Origin: a virus
Taxonomy: Duplodnaviria; Heunggongvirae; Uroviricota; Caudoviricetes
DNA length: 25,897 nucleotides
IMG/VR virus record: IMGVR_UViG_2698536403_000009
Reading direction: 5' to 3' (one strand)
Shown here in pieces: positions 1-9,013 of this stretch. The notes beneath the pieces were generated by a model. The model searched no databases. It worked only from the letters and a program-made list of their open reading frames with translations, and was not told where the DNA came from. Positions within the stretch are counted from its first letter, which is position 1. Every line of letters begins with the position of its first letter. A program made the translations under genes and the position numbers.

Positions 1-510
1 GTGGCTACGCAGACTGAAGTTGCCAGGCATTTAAGTCTGACCGATCGCCAGCTTCGCAGATTGCAGAAATTGCCGGGTGCCCCGATATCGAATAAGCGAG
101 GGCAACTGGATCTGGATGCCTGGCGCGATTTTTACATATCGTATCTGAGGAGAAGTAAAAACGATGTGCCTGATGGCGATAGCGAAGACGACTATGAGGA
201 GAAATTGCTTATCGCCAGATGGGAACTGACAGCAGAACAGGCTGTTACACAGCAGTTAAAAAATGAGGTGTCAAAAGGAAAACTTATTGACACCGGGTTC
301 TGTATTTTTGCCCTCAGTAAGCTGGCAATGGCGTTATCCAGTACGCTTGATTCCATCCCTTTATCCATGCAGCGACAGTTTCCTGATTTAACACCGCGCC
401 ATCTTGACCATCTGAAAACCCTTATTGCTAAGGGGGCAAATCAGTGTGCGCGGGCAGGGGATAAATTACCGGATTTACTCGATGAATATATCAGAGCAAC
501 AACTGAATAA
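1..510 (+). CDS. nu1: Terminase small subunit (Nu1-like); begins with GTG at window position 1, true start may lie upstream
   Basis: C-terminal half resembles lambda gpNu1 (FCIFALSKLA...LSMQRQFPDL...LLDEYI); N-terminal region looks like the DNA-binding part but is diverged; position immediately upstream of and overlapping the terminase large subunit. Confidence 0.8.
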   Translation: MATQTEVARHLSLTDRQLRRLQKLPGAPISNKRGQLDLDAWRDFYISYLRRSKNDVPDGDSEDDYEEKLLIARWELTAEQAVTQQLKNEVSKGKLIDTGFCIFALSKLAMALSSTLDSIPLSMQRQFPDLTPRHLDHLKTLIAKGANQCARAGDKLPDLLDEYIRATTE

Positions 511-2410
511 TATGGTGGCCGCCGTTTCGGTTGCGCTGCAGCCTCTGGTCAGGGTTGTACCGATGACGGCAGTTGAATGGGCTGACCAGTATTATTATCT
601 GCCTAAAGAATCCTCATACGGTGACGGCGAATGGAAAACGCTGCCGTTCCAGATCGCCATCATGAACAGTATGGGGAATGATCAGATCCGCACTGTTAAT
701 CTGATTAAATCTGCCCGTGTTGGCTATACAAAGATGTTGCTGGGAGTCGCCGGGTATTTTATTGAGCATAAATCCCGAAACAGTCTGCTTTTTCAGCCCA
801 CGGATTCTGCCGCTGAAGATTTTATGAAGTCTCACGTGGAGGCGACGATTCGGGACGTGCCATGCCTGAAAGATCTTTCCCCGTGGCTGGGTCGTAAACA
901 TCGTGACAATACTCTCACGCTGAAACGCTTTTCATCGGGGGTGGGCTTCTGGTGCCTGGGTGGTGCGGCAGCAAAAAACTACCGTGAAAAATCCGTGGAC
1001 GTGGTCTGCTATGACGAACTTTCCTCGTTCGAGCCGGATGTCGAAAAAGAGGGCTCGCCAACCCTGCTGGGGGATAAGCGTATTGAGGGCTCGGTATGGC
1101 CAAAATCCATTCGCGGCTCGACGCCTAAAATAAAAGGCTCCTGCCAGATCGAAAAAGCGGCCAACGAGTCGGCGCATTTCATGCGTTTTTATGTGCCCTG
1201 CCCGCACTGTGGGGAGGCGCAGTATCTGAAATTTGGCGATGAGTCCACGCCTTTTGGCCTTAAATGGGAGAAGGACAGCCCCGAAAGCGTTTTCTACCTC
1301 TGTGAACATCATGGCTGCGTGATCCATCAGTCTGAGCTTGACCAGAGCAACGGGCGGTGGATCTGCGAAAACACGGGGATGTGGACCCGCGACGGTCTGA
1401 CGTTTTTCAGCGCCGCGGATAATGAAATTCCGCCGCCGCGCTCCATCACATTCCATATCTGGACGGCGTACAGTCCGTTCACCACCTGGGTACAGATTGT
1501 CTATGACTGGCTGGATGCACTGAAAGATCCCAACGGCCTGAAAACCTTTGTGAACACCACGCTGGGCGAGACCTGGGAAGAGGCCGTGGGCGAAAAACTC
1601 GATCACCAGGTGCTGATGGATAAGGTTGTGCGTTACACGGCTGCGGTGCCTTCCCGGGTGGTTTATCTGACGGCGGGCATTGACTCGCAGCGAAACCGTT
1701 TTGAGATGTATGTCTGGGGATGGGCTCCGGGAGAGGAAGCCTTTCTGGTGGATAAAATCATCATTATGGGGCGTCCCGATGAGGAAGAGACGCTGTTACG
1801 TGTGGATGTGGCGATCAACAAAAAATACCGCCATGCAGACGGAACCGAAATGACCATTTCCCGTGTCTGCTGGGACACCGGGGGGATCGATGGCGAAATT
1901 GTCTATCAGAGGTCAAAAAAACACGGTGTTTTCCGGGTGCTGCCGGTAAAAGGTGCATCTGTTTATGGCAAGCCGGTGATCACCATGCCAAAAACCCGCA
2001 ATCAGCGGGGCGTGTATCTGTGCGAAGTGGGGACGGACACCGCAAAAGAAATTCTCTATGCCCGTATGAAAGCCGATCCCACGCCTGCGGATGAAGCCAC
2101 GTCGTATGCCATCCGTTTTCCTGATGATCCGGAGATTTTTTCGCAGACAGAGGCGCAGCAACTGGTGGCGGAAGAGCTTGTGGAGAAGTGGGAAAAAGGA
2201 AAGATGCGTCTGCTGTGGGATAACAAAAAGCGGCGTAACGAAGCGCTGGACTGCCTGGTGTATGCCTACGCGGCATTACGTGTGTCCGTGCAACGCTGGC
2301 AGCTTGATCTGGCTGTACTGGCAAAATCCCGGGAAGAAGAGACGACCCGGCCAACCCTGAAAGAACTGGCAGCGAAGCTGTCCGGAGGAGTGAATGGTTA
2401 CAGTCGCTGA
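482..2410 (+). CDS. A: Terminase large subunit
   Basis: Start chosen at ATG 482 (MNISEQQLNN...) by alignment to lambda gpA N-terminus (MNIS...TAVEWAD..YYLPKES); strong similarity along the whole length; overlaps Nu1 stop. The track ORF start at 425 is an upstream in-frame extension. Confidence 0.95.
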   Translation: MNISEQQLNNMVAAVSVALQPLVRVVPMTAVEWADQYYYLPKESSYGDGEWKTLPFQIAIMNSMGNDQIRTVNLIKSARVGYTKMLLGVAGYFIEHKSRNSLLFQPTDSAAEDFMKSHVEATIRDVPCLKDLSPWLGRKHRDNTLTLKRFSSGVGFWCLGGAAAKNYREKSVDVVCYDELSSFEPDVEKEGSPTLLGDKRIEGSVWPKSIRGSTPKIKGSCQIEKAANESAHFMRFYVPCPHCGEAQYLKFGDESTPFGLKWEKDSPESVFYLCEHHGCVIHQSELDQSNGRWICENTGMWTRDGLTFFSAADNEIPPPRSITFHIWTAYSPFTTWVQIVYDWLDALKDPNGLKTFVNTTLGETWEEAVGEKLDHQVLMDKVVRYTAAVPSRVVYLTAGIDSQRNRFEMYVWGWAPGEEAFLVDKIIIMGRPDEEETLLRVDVAINKKYRHADGTEMTISRVCWDTGGIDGEIVYQRSKKHGVFRVLPVKGASVYGKPVITMPKTRNQRGVYLCEVGTDTAKEILYARMKADPTPADEATSYAIRFPDDPEIFSQTEAQQLVAEELVEKWEKGKMRLLWDNKKRRNEALDCLVYAYAALRVSVQRWQLDLAVLAKSREEETTRPTLKELAAKLSGGVNGYSR

Positions 2411-2600
2411 ACTGCAGGTGCTGCGTCAGGCGCGCCTTGATTTATTAACCGGTAAACGGGTGGTGTCTGTCCAGAAAGATGGTCGCAGAATTGAATATAC
2501 GGCAGCTTCTCTGGATGAGCTTAACCGGGCGATCAATGATGCGGAGTCGGTACTGGGGACAACCCGCCGTCGCCGTCGTCCGCTGGGAGTGAGGTTATGA
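2394..2600 (+). CDS. W: Head-tail joining / head completion protein W
   Basis: 68 aa, LLTGKRVVSVQKDGRRIEYTAASL matches lambda gpW; GGAGG RBS; overlaps A stop and B start. Confidence 0.9.
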   Translation: MVTVAELQVLRQARLDLLTGKRVVSVQKDGRRIEYTAASLDELNRAINDAESVLGTTRRRRRPLGVRL

Positions 2601-4189
2601 AACGAACGCCTGTCCTGATTGATGTGAACGGCGTTCCGCTTCGGGAGAGCCTCAGCTACAACGGTGGCGGTGCAGGATTTGGCGGGCAAATGGCAGAGTG
2701 GTTGCCACCCTCGCAGAGTGCCGATGCGGCCCTGCTGCCCGCGTTGCGTCTGGGGAATGCCCGTGCAGATGATCTGGTGCGCAATAACGGAATAGCGGCC
2801 AATGCGGTGGCCCTGCATAAGGATCACATTGTCGGGCATATGTTTCTGATTAGCTACCGTCCGAACTGGCGCTGGCTGGGGATGCGGGAGACCGCGGCAA
2901 AAAGTTTTGTCGATGAGGTGGAGGCGGCCTGGTCAGAATACGCAGAAGGGATGTTTGGTGAGATCGACGTGGAAGGGAAACGCACGTTTACGGAATTTAT
3001 CCGTGAAGGTGTGGGCGTTCATGCGTTTAACGGCGAAATCTTTGTGCAGCCGGTCTGGGATACGGAGAGTACGCAACTGTTTCGTACGCGTTTTAAAGCC
3101 GTGAGTCCGAAACGGGTGGACACGCCAGGACACGGTATCGGGAACCGTTTTCTGCGGGCCGGTGTGGAGGTCGATCGATATGGCCGTGCCGTTGCGTACC
3201 ATATCTGTGAGGATGATTTTCCTCGCTCCGGGAGTGGACGATGGGAACGGATCCCGCGTGAACTACCCACCGGGCGTCCGGCCATGCTGCATATTTTCGA
3301 GCCGGTGGAGGACGGGCAGACCCGTGGAGCCAATCAGTTTTACAGCGTTATGGAACGGCTGAAGATGCTGGATTCCCTGCAGGCAACACAGCTTCAGTCG
3401 GCCATAGTGAAGGCGATGTATGCAGCGACGATTGAAAGTGACCTTGATACCGAAAAGGCCTTTGAATATATCGCCGGTGCGCCGCAGGGGCAGAAGGATA
3501 ATCCGCTTATTAATATTCTGGAGAAGTTCTCCACCTGGTATGACACGAATAGCGTGACGCTGGGCGGTGTCAAAATTCCGCACCTTTTCCCCGGTGATGA
3601 TCTGAAACTTCAGACCGCGCAGGATTCAGACAATGGATTTTCGGCGCTTGAACAGGCGCTGCTGCGGTATATCGCCGCCGGTCTTGGCGTTTCCTACGAA
3701 CAGTTGTCCCGTGATTACTCGAAGGTCAGTTATTCAAGTGCCCGCGCATCCGCCAATGAGTCGTGGCGCTATTTTATGGGGCGGCGAAAATTTATTGCGT
3801 CCCGGCTGGCCACGCAGATGTTTTCCTGCTGGCTGGAAGAGGCACTTCTTCGGGGGATTATTCGTCCGCCACGGGCACGTTTTGATTTTTATCAGGCGCG
3901 ATCAGCCTGGTCACGGGCTGAGTGGATTGGAGCCGGAAGAATGGCCATTGACGGGCTCAAGGAGGTTCAGGAATCAGTGATGCGCATTGAGGCCGGACTG
4001 AGCACGTATGAGAAAGAGCTGGCGCTGATGGGCGAGGATTATCAGGACATTTTCCGCCAGCAGGTCAGGGAATCTGCAGAGCGGGAAAAAGCCGGACTCT
4101 CACGTCCGGTGTGGATAGCGCAGGCGTATCAGCAGCAGATAGCGGAGAGTCGCAGGCCGGAAGAGGAGACAACACCACGTGAGACGTAA
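2597..4189 (+). CDS. B: Portal protein
   Basis: 530 aa, similar to lambda gpB along its length; ATGA overlap with W. Confidence 0.95.
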   Translation: MKRTPVLIDVNGVPLRESLSYNGGGAGFGGQMAEWLPPSQSADAALLPALRLGNARADDLVRNNGIAANAVALHKDHIVGHMFLISYRPNWRWLGMRETAAKSFVDEVEAAWSEYAEGMFGEIDVEGKRTFTEFIREGVGVHAFNGEIFVQPVWDTESTQLFRTRFKAVSPKRVDTPGHGIGNRFLRAGVEVDRYGRAVAYHICEDDFPRSGSGRWERIPRELPTGRPAMLHIFEPVEDGQTRGANQFYSVMERLKMLDSLQATQLQSAIVKAMYAATIESDLDTEKAFEYIAGAPQGQKDNPLINILEKFSTWYDTNSVTLGGVKIPHLFPGDDLKLQTAQDSDNGFSALEQALLRYIAAGLGVSYEQLSRDYSKVSYSSARASANESWRYFMGRRKFIASRLATQMFSCWLEEALLRGIIRPPRARFDFYQARSAWSRAEWIGAGRMAIDGLKEVQESVMRIEAGLSTYEKELALMGEDYQDIFRQQVRESAEREKAGLSRPVWIAQAYQQQIAESRRPEEETTPRET

Positions 4190-5684
4190 TCTTTCACACA
4201 TTATTGCCGCAGCATTCAATGAACCGCTGCTTCTGGAGCCCGCCTATGCGCGGGTTTTCTTTTGCGCGCTCGGGCGCGAGATGGGGGCAGCAAGTCTTTC
4301 GGTACCACAACAGCAGGTACAGTTTGATGCTCCCGGAATGCTGGCTGAAACGGACGAGTACATGGCCGGAGGTAAACGACCAGCCCGTGTTTACAGGGTG
4401 GTGAACGGTATTGCTGTACTGCCGGTGACCGGCACGCTGGTGCACCGGCTGGGGGGTATGCGGCCATTTTCCGGAATGACAGGCTATGACGGTATTGTCG
4501 CCTGTCTTCAGCAGGCAATGGCGGATAGCCAGGTGCGGGGCGTACTGCTGGACATTGACAGTCCGGGCGGGCAGGCCGCCGGCGCGTTTGACTGCGCTGA
4601 CATGATTTACCGCCTCCGTCAGCAGAAGCCGGTCTGGGCACTGTGCAATGACACGGCCTGTTCTGCAGCCATGCTGCTGGCGTCGGCCTGCTCCCGACGG
4701 CTGGTTACCCAGACATCCCGTATCGGCTCCATTGGCGTGATGATGAGCCATGTCAGCTATGCCGGTCATCTGGCGCAGGCCGGTGTGGATATCACGCTGA
4801 TTTACTCAGGGACGCACAAGGTGGATGGCAATCAGTTTGAAGCCTTACCGGCAGAGGTTCGCCAGGACATGCAGCAGCGCATTGATGCGGCGCGCCGGAT
4901 GTTTGCCGAAAAAGTGGCCATGTTTACCGGTCTGTCTGTTGATGCCGTCACGGGAACAGAGGCCGCCGTTTTTGAAGGTCAGTCCGGCATTGATGCCGGG
5001 CTGGCGGATGAATTAGTCAATGCGTCGGATGCCATCAGTGTGATGGCCACGGCGCTGAACAGTAATGTCAGAGGAGGCACTATGCCGCAATTAACTGCAA
5101 CGGAAGCCGCCGCGCAGGAGAACCAGCGAGTGATGGGGATCCTGACATGCCAGGAAGCGAAAGGACGTGAACAGCTTGCCACGATGCTGGCAGGACAACA
5201 GGGCATGAGCGTTGAACAGGCCCGGGCGATTCTGGCCGCGGCGGCACCGCAGCAGCCGGTGGCATCCGCGCAGAGTGAAGCCGATCGCATTATGGCGTGT
5301 GAAGAAGCGAACGGTCGTGAACAACTGGCGGCAACGCTGGCGGCGATGCCGGAGATGACGGTGGAAAAAGCCCGCCCGATCCTGGCGGCTGCACCACTGG
5401 CGGATGCCGGGCCCTCACTTCGTGATCAGATCATGGCCCTGGATGAGGCAAAAGGGGCAGAAGCGCAGGCTGAAAAACTGGCGGCCTGCCCGGGAATGAC
5501 CGTGGAGAACGCCCGGGCTGTGCTGGCTGCGGGATCAGGTAAGGCCGAACCGGTCTCTGCATCCACAACCGCCTTGTTTGAACATTTCATGGCGAATCAT
5601 TCACCGGCAGCGGTGCGGGGTGGCGTGTCACAGACGTCAGCAGACGGTGATGCGGACGTGAAAATGCTCATGGCCATGCCATGA
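4179..5684 (+). CDS. C: Prohead protease / minor capsid protein C (S49 ClpP-like peptidase domain plus C-terminal scaffold-like repeats)
   Basis: GTG start after GAGGAG RBS; N-terminal two thirds resemble lambda gpC (LEPAYARVFFCAL, GIAVLPV.GTLV, SIGVMMSH, IYSGTHKVDGN); 501 aa versus about 439 aa in lambda because of extra C-terminal repeats. Confidence 0.9.
   Translation: MRRNLSHIIAAAFNEPLLLEPAYARVFFCALGREMGAASLSVPQQQVQFDAPGMLAETDEYMAGGKRPARVYRVVNGIAVLPVTGTLVHRLGGMRPFSGMTGYDGIVACLQQAMADSQVRGVLLDIDSPGGQAAGAFDCADMIYRLRQQKPVWALCNDTACSAAMLLASACSRRLVTQTSRIGSIGVMMSHVSYAGHLAQAGVDITLIYSGTHKVDGNQFEALPAEVRQDMQQRIDAARRMFAEKVAMFTGLSVDAVTGTEAAVFEGQSGIDAGLADELVNASDAISVMATALNSNVRGGTMPQLTATEAAAQENQRVMGILTCQEAKGREQLATMLAGQQGMSVEQARAILAAAAPQQPVASAQSEADRIMACEEANGREQLAATLAAMPEMTVEKARPILAAAPLADAGPSLRDQIMALDEAKGAEAQAEKLAACPGMTVENARAVLAAGSGKAEPVSASTTALFEHFMANHSPAAVRGGVSQTSADGDADVKMLMAMP
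5082..5684 (+). CDS. nu3: Nu3-like scaffolding protein, in-frame internal start within C (copy 1)
   Basis: AGGAGG 5 nt upstream of ATG 5082, in frame with C; lambda Nu3 is produced the same way; contains three tandem ~40-aa repeats (I..GREQLA...GMTVE.AR.ILAA). Confidence 0.55.
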   Translation: MPQLTATEAAAQENQRVMGILTCQEAKGREQLATMLAGQQGMSVEQARAILAAAAPQQPVASAQSEADRIMACEEANGREQLAATLAAMPEMTVEKARPILAAAPLADAGPSLRDQIMALDEAKGAEAQAEKLAACPGMTVENARAVLAAGSGKAEPVSASTTALFEHFMANHSPAAVRGGVSQTSADGDADVKMLMAMP

Positions 5685-5720
5685 AGTCAGTGCTGACCAT
5701 CAATATGAGGTTTTAACAAA

Positions 5721-6068
5721 ATGGTGACGAAAACCATCACTGAACAGCGTGCGGAAGTACGTATTTTTGCCGGTAATGATCCGGCTCATACCGCCACAGG
5801 CAGCAGCGGGATTTCTTCTGCAACACCGGCTCTGACGCCCCTGATGCCGGATGAAGCCACCGGGAAACTGGTGGTCTGGGATGGACAGAAAGCCGGTAGT
5901 GCGGTTGGCATACTGGTACTGCCGCTTGAAGGCACAGAGACGGTGCTGACCTATTACAAGTCGGGGACCTTTGCGACGGAGGCAATCCGCTGGCCTGACA
6001 GTGTGGATGAACACAAAAAGGCAAATGCCTTTGCCGGTACAGCCCTGAGTCACGCGGCTCTGCCGTAA
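5721..6068 (+). CDS. D: Head decoration protein D (copy 1)
   Basis: 115 aa; NDPAHTATG...TPLM...KLVVWDG...GILV...YYKSGTF matches lambda gpD. Confidence 0.9.
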   Translation: MVTKTITEQRAEVRIFAGNDPAHTATGSSGISSATPALTPLMPDEATGKLVVWDGQKAGSAVGILVLPLEGTETVLTYYKSGTFATEAIRWPDSVDEHKKANAFAGTALSHAALP

Positions 6069-6125
6069 CACGTTATCAGGCCACCATGGCGGCCTGACTG
6101 ATTTCTGAATGAAAGGAACTGATTT

Positions 6126-6413
6126 ATGGGATTGTTTACGACCCGCCAGTTACTCGGTTATACCGAACAAAAAGTGAAATTCCGTGCGCTGTTTCTGGAG
6201 CTGTTTTTCCGCCGTACGGTGAATTTCCACACCGAAGAGGTGATGCTGGACAAAATTACCGGAAAAACGCCGGTGGCGGCCTATGTCTCCCCGATCGTTG
6301 AAGGAAAAGTGCTTCGCCATCGCGGTGGTGAAACCCGCGTGTTACGTCCATACTGCTGGACATTGACAGTCCGGGCGGGCAGGCCGCCGGCGCGTTTGAC
6401 TGCGCTGACATGA
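6126..6413 (+). pseudogene. Truncated major capsid gene fragment (E'), first ~75 codons fused out of frame to C sequence
   Basis: First 75 residues identical to the intact E at 7934; homology to E stops at 6349, then the frame runs into C-derived sequence and terminates at 6413. Confidence 0.8.
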
Positions 6414-7492
6414 TTTACCGCCTCCGTCAGCAGAAGCCGGTCTGGGCACTGTGCAATGACACGGCCTGTTCTGCAGCCATGCTGCTGGCGTCGGCCTGCT
6501 CCCGACGGCTGGTTACCCAGACATCCCGTATCGGCTCCATTGGCGTGATGATGAGCCATGTCAGCTATGCCGGTCATCTGGCGCAGGCCGGTGTGGATAT
6601 CACGCTGATTTATGCCGGGGCGCACAAGGTGGATGGCAATCAGTTTGAAGCGTTGCCGGCAGAGGTTCGCCAGGATATGCAGCAGCGGATTGATGCGGCG
6701 CACCGGATGTTTGCCGAAAAAGTGGCGATGTATACCGGGTTGTCTGTGGATGCGGTCACGGGAACAGAGGCCGCCGTTTTTGAAGGTCAGTCCGGCATTG
6801 AGGCCGGGCTGGCGGATGAATTAATCAATGCGTCGGATGCCATCAGTGTGATGGCCACGGCGCTGAACAGTAATGTCAGAGGAGGCACTATGCCGCAATT
6901 AACTGCAACGGAAGCCGCCGTGCAGGAGAACCAGCGAGTGATGGGGATCCTGACATGCCAGGAAGCGAAAGGACGTGAACAGCTTGCCACGATGCTGGCA
7001 GGACAACAGGGCATGAGCGTTGAACAGGCCCGGGCGATTCTGGCCGCGGCGGCACCGCAGCAGCCGGTGGCATCCGCGCAGAGTGAAGCCGATCGCATTA
7101 TGGCGTGTGAAGAAGCGAACGGTCGTGAACAACTGGCGGCAACGCTGGCGGCGATGCCGGAGATGACGGTGGAAAAAGCCCGCCCGATCCTGGCGGCTGC
7201 ACCACTGGCGGATGCCGGGCCCTCACTTCGTGATCAGATCATGGCCCTGGATGAGGCAAAAGGGGCAGAAGCGCAGGCTGAAAAACTGGCGGCCTGCCCG
7301 GGAATGACCGTGGAGAACGCCCGGGCTGTGCTGGCTGCGGGATCAGGTAAGGCCGAACCGGTCTCTGCATCCACAACCGCCTTGTTTGAACATTTCATGG
7401 CGAATCATTCACCGGCAGCGGTGCGGGGTGGCGTGTCACAGACGTCAGCAGACGGTGATGCGGACGTGAAAATGCTCATGGCCATGCCATGA
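6350..7492 (+). pseudogene. 5'-truncated copy of C (lacks N-terminal ~120 codons and its start); contains an intact Nu3-like ORF
   Basis: Homologous to C from codon ~122 onward; no upstream start or RBS in frame (the track ORF 6410 starts at an internal Met). Confidence 0.75.
6890..7492 (+). CDS. nu3: Nu3-like scaffolding protein (copy 2)
   Basis: Same AGGAGG-ATG start as copy 1 at +1808 offset; intact to the stop at 7492. Confidence 0.5.
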   Translation: MPQLTATEAAVQENQRVMGILTCQEAKGREQLATMLAGQQGMSVEQARAILAAAAPQQPVASAQSEADRIMACEEANGREQLAATLAAMPEMTVEKARPILAAAPLADAGPSLRDQIMALDEAKGAEAQAEKLAACPGMTVENARAVLAAGSGKAEPVSASTTALFEHFMANHSPAAVRGGVSQTSADGDADVKMLMAMP

Positions 7493-7528
7493 AGTCAGTG
7501 CTGACCATCAATATGAGGTTTTAACAAA

Positions 7529-7876
7529 ATGGTGACGAAAACCATCACTGAACAGCGTGCGGAAGTACGTATTTTTGCCGGTAATGATCCGGCTCATACC
7601 GCCACAGGCAGCAGCGGGATTTCTTCTGCAACACCGGCTCTGACGCCCCTGATGCCGGATGAAGCCACCGGGAAACTGGTGGTCTGGGATGGACAGAAAG
7701 CCGGTAGTGCGGTTGGCATACTGGTACTGCCGCTTGAAGGCACAGAGACGGTGCTGACCTATTACAAGTCGGGGACCTTTGCGACGGAGGCAATCCGCTG
7801 GCCTGACAGTGTGGATGAACACAAAAAGGCAAATGCCTTTGCCGGTACAGCCCTGAGTCACGCGGCTCTGCCGTAA
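7529..7876 (+). CDS. D: Head decoration protein D (copy 2)
   Basis: Protein identical to copy 1. Confidence 0.85.
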   Translation: MVTKTITEQRAEVRIFAGNDPAHTATGSSGISSATPALTPLMPDEATGKLVVWDGQKAGSAVGILVLPLEGTETVLTYYKSGTFATEAIRWPDSVDEHKKANAFAGTALSHAALP

Positions 7877-7933
7877 CACGTTATCAGGCCACCATGGCGG
7901 CCTGACTGATTTCTGAATGAAAGGAACTGATTT

Positions 7934-8962
7934 ATGGGATTGTTTACGACCCGCCAGTTACTCGGTTATACCGAACAAAAAGTGAAATTCCGTGCGCTGT
8001 TTCTGGAGCTGTTTTTCCGCCGTACGGTGAATTTCCACACCGAAGAGGTGATGCTGGACAAAATTACCGGAAAAACGCCGGTGGCGGCCTATGTCTCCCC
8101 GATCGTTGAAGGAAAAGTGCTTCGCCATCGCGGTGGTGAAACCCGCGTGTTACGTCCGGGCTACGTCAAGCCCAAACACGAATTTAATTACCAGCAGGCG
8201 GTTGAGCGCCTTCCTGGTGAAGATCCGGCTCAGCTGAACGACCCGGCCTACCGTCGTCTGCGTATCATTACCGATAACCTCAAACAGGAAGAGCACGCCA
8301 TTGTCCAGGTGGAAGAAATGCAGGCGGTGAATGCCGTGCTGTATGGCAAATACACCATGGAAGGGGATCAGTTTGACACGGTTGAGGTGGATTTCGGGCG
8401 CTCTGAAGGAAATAACATTGAGCAGGCTGACGGTAAAAAATGGTCTGAGCAGGACCGTGATACGTTTGATCCGACGCATGATATTGACCTCTACTGCGAT
8501 CAGGCCAGCGGCCTTGTGAATATCGCCATTATGGACGGTACGGTCTGGCGTCTGCTGAATGGCTTTAAGCTGTTCCGCGAAAAACTGGATACCCGTCGCG
8601 GCTCAAATTCACAACTCGAAACGGCAGTGAAAGATCTGGGCGCAGTGGTGTCCTTCAAGGGGTATTACGGCGATCTGGCCATTGTGGTGGCGAAAACGTC
8701 TTATGTGGCAGAGGACGGTACCGAAAAACGTTATCTGCCGGAGGGCATGCTGGTGCTGGGGAATACGGCGGCAGAGGGGATTCGTTGCTATGGAGCCATT
8801 AAGGATGCACAGGCGTTGTCTGAAGGAGTGGTGGCTTCTTCCCGTTACCCGAAACACTGGCTGACCGTGGGCGATCCGTCCTGTGAATTCACCATGACGC
8901 AGTCCGCTCCGCTGATGGTGCTGCCGGATCCTGATGAGTTTGTGGTGGTACAGGTGAAATAA
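7934..8962 (+). CDS. E: Major capsid protein E (intact copy)
   Basis: 342 aa; similar to lambda gpE throughout (YVSPIV.G.V...GG, PGYVKPKHE, DPAYRR.RII, RRGSNS.LETAVKDLG, SAPLM.L.DPDEFV); AAGGA RBS. Confidence 0.95.
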   Translation: MGLFTTRQLLGYTEQKVKFRALFLELFFRRTVNFHTEEVMLDKITGKTPVAAYVSPIVEGKVLRHRGGETRVLRPGYVKPKHEFNYQQAVERLPGEDPAQLNDPAYRRLRIITDNLKQEEHAIVQVEEMQAVNAVLYGKYTMEGDQFDTVEVDFGRSEGNNIEQADGKKWSEQDRDTFDPTHDIDLYCDQASGLVNIAIMDGTVWRLLNGFKLFREKLDTRRGSNSQLETAVKDLGAVVSFKGYYGDLAIVVAKTSYVAEDGTEKRYLPEGMLVLGNTAAEGIRCYGAIKDAQALSEGVVASSRYPKHWLTVGDPSCEFTMTQSAPLMVLPDPDEFVVVQVK

Positions 8963-8970
8963 TCCGTGAG

Positions 8971-8999
8971 CGGGGGCGAAATGCCCCCGTGTCTTTTTT
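8971..8999 (+). terminator. Intrinsic terminator-like hairpin after E
   Basis: 7-bp GC stem cgggggc/gcccccg (8971-8977 / 8983-8989), loop gaaat, followed by tgtcttttttc. Confidence 0.55.
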
Positions 9000-9013
9000 C
9001 ACAGGAGGCTGAG

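Larger units (their letters stand above)
4542..6349 (+). repeat. Tandem direct repeat, copy 1 (1808 bp: 3' 1.1 kb of C, C-D intergenic, D, D-E intergenic, first 224 bp of E)
   Basis: Sequence 4543.. (tactgctggacattgacag...) recurs at 6351.. with constant offset 1808; the D start (5721 vs 7529) and E start (6126 vs 7934) show the same offset. Confidence 0.9.
6350..8157 (+). repeat. Tandem direct repeat, copy 2 (1808 bp)
   Basis: Same as copy 1; junction at 6349/6350 joins E codon 75 to mid-C sequence; the copies differ by about 18 substitutions within 4800-5110 vs 6608-6918 and appear otherwise identical. Confidence 0.9.

Noticed and set aside
425-481. Upstream extension of the terminase large subunit ORF (track start at 425)
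   Set aside because: Alignment with the lambda gpA N-terminus places the start at ATG 482 (MNIS...); the extension lies inside Nu1 coding sequence.
2091-2360. 89-aa ORF in an alternative frame inside the terminase large subunit gene
   Set aside because: Fully embedded in gene A in another frame, Arg/Trp-rich, no RBS; considered spurious.
4542-8157. CRISPR array or IS element as the source of the repeats
   Set aside because: The repeats are kilobase-scale copies of phage structural genes, not short direct repeats with spacers; no transposase ORF or terminal inverted repeats flank the duplication or the stf insert.
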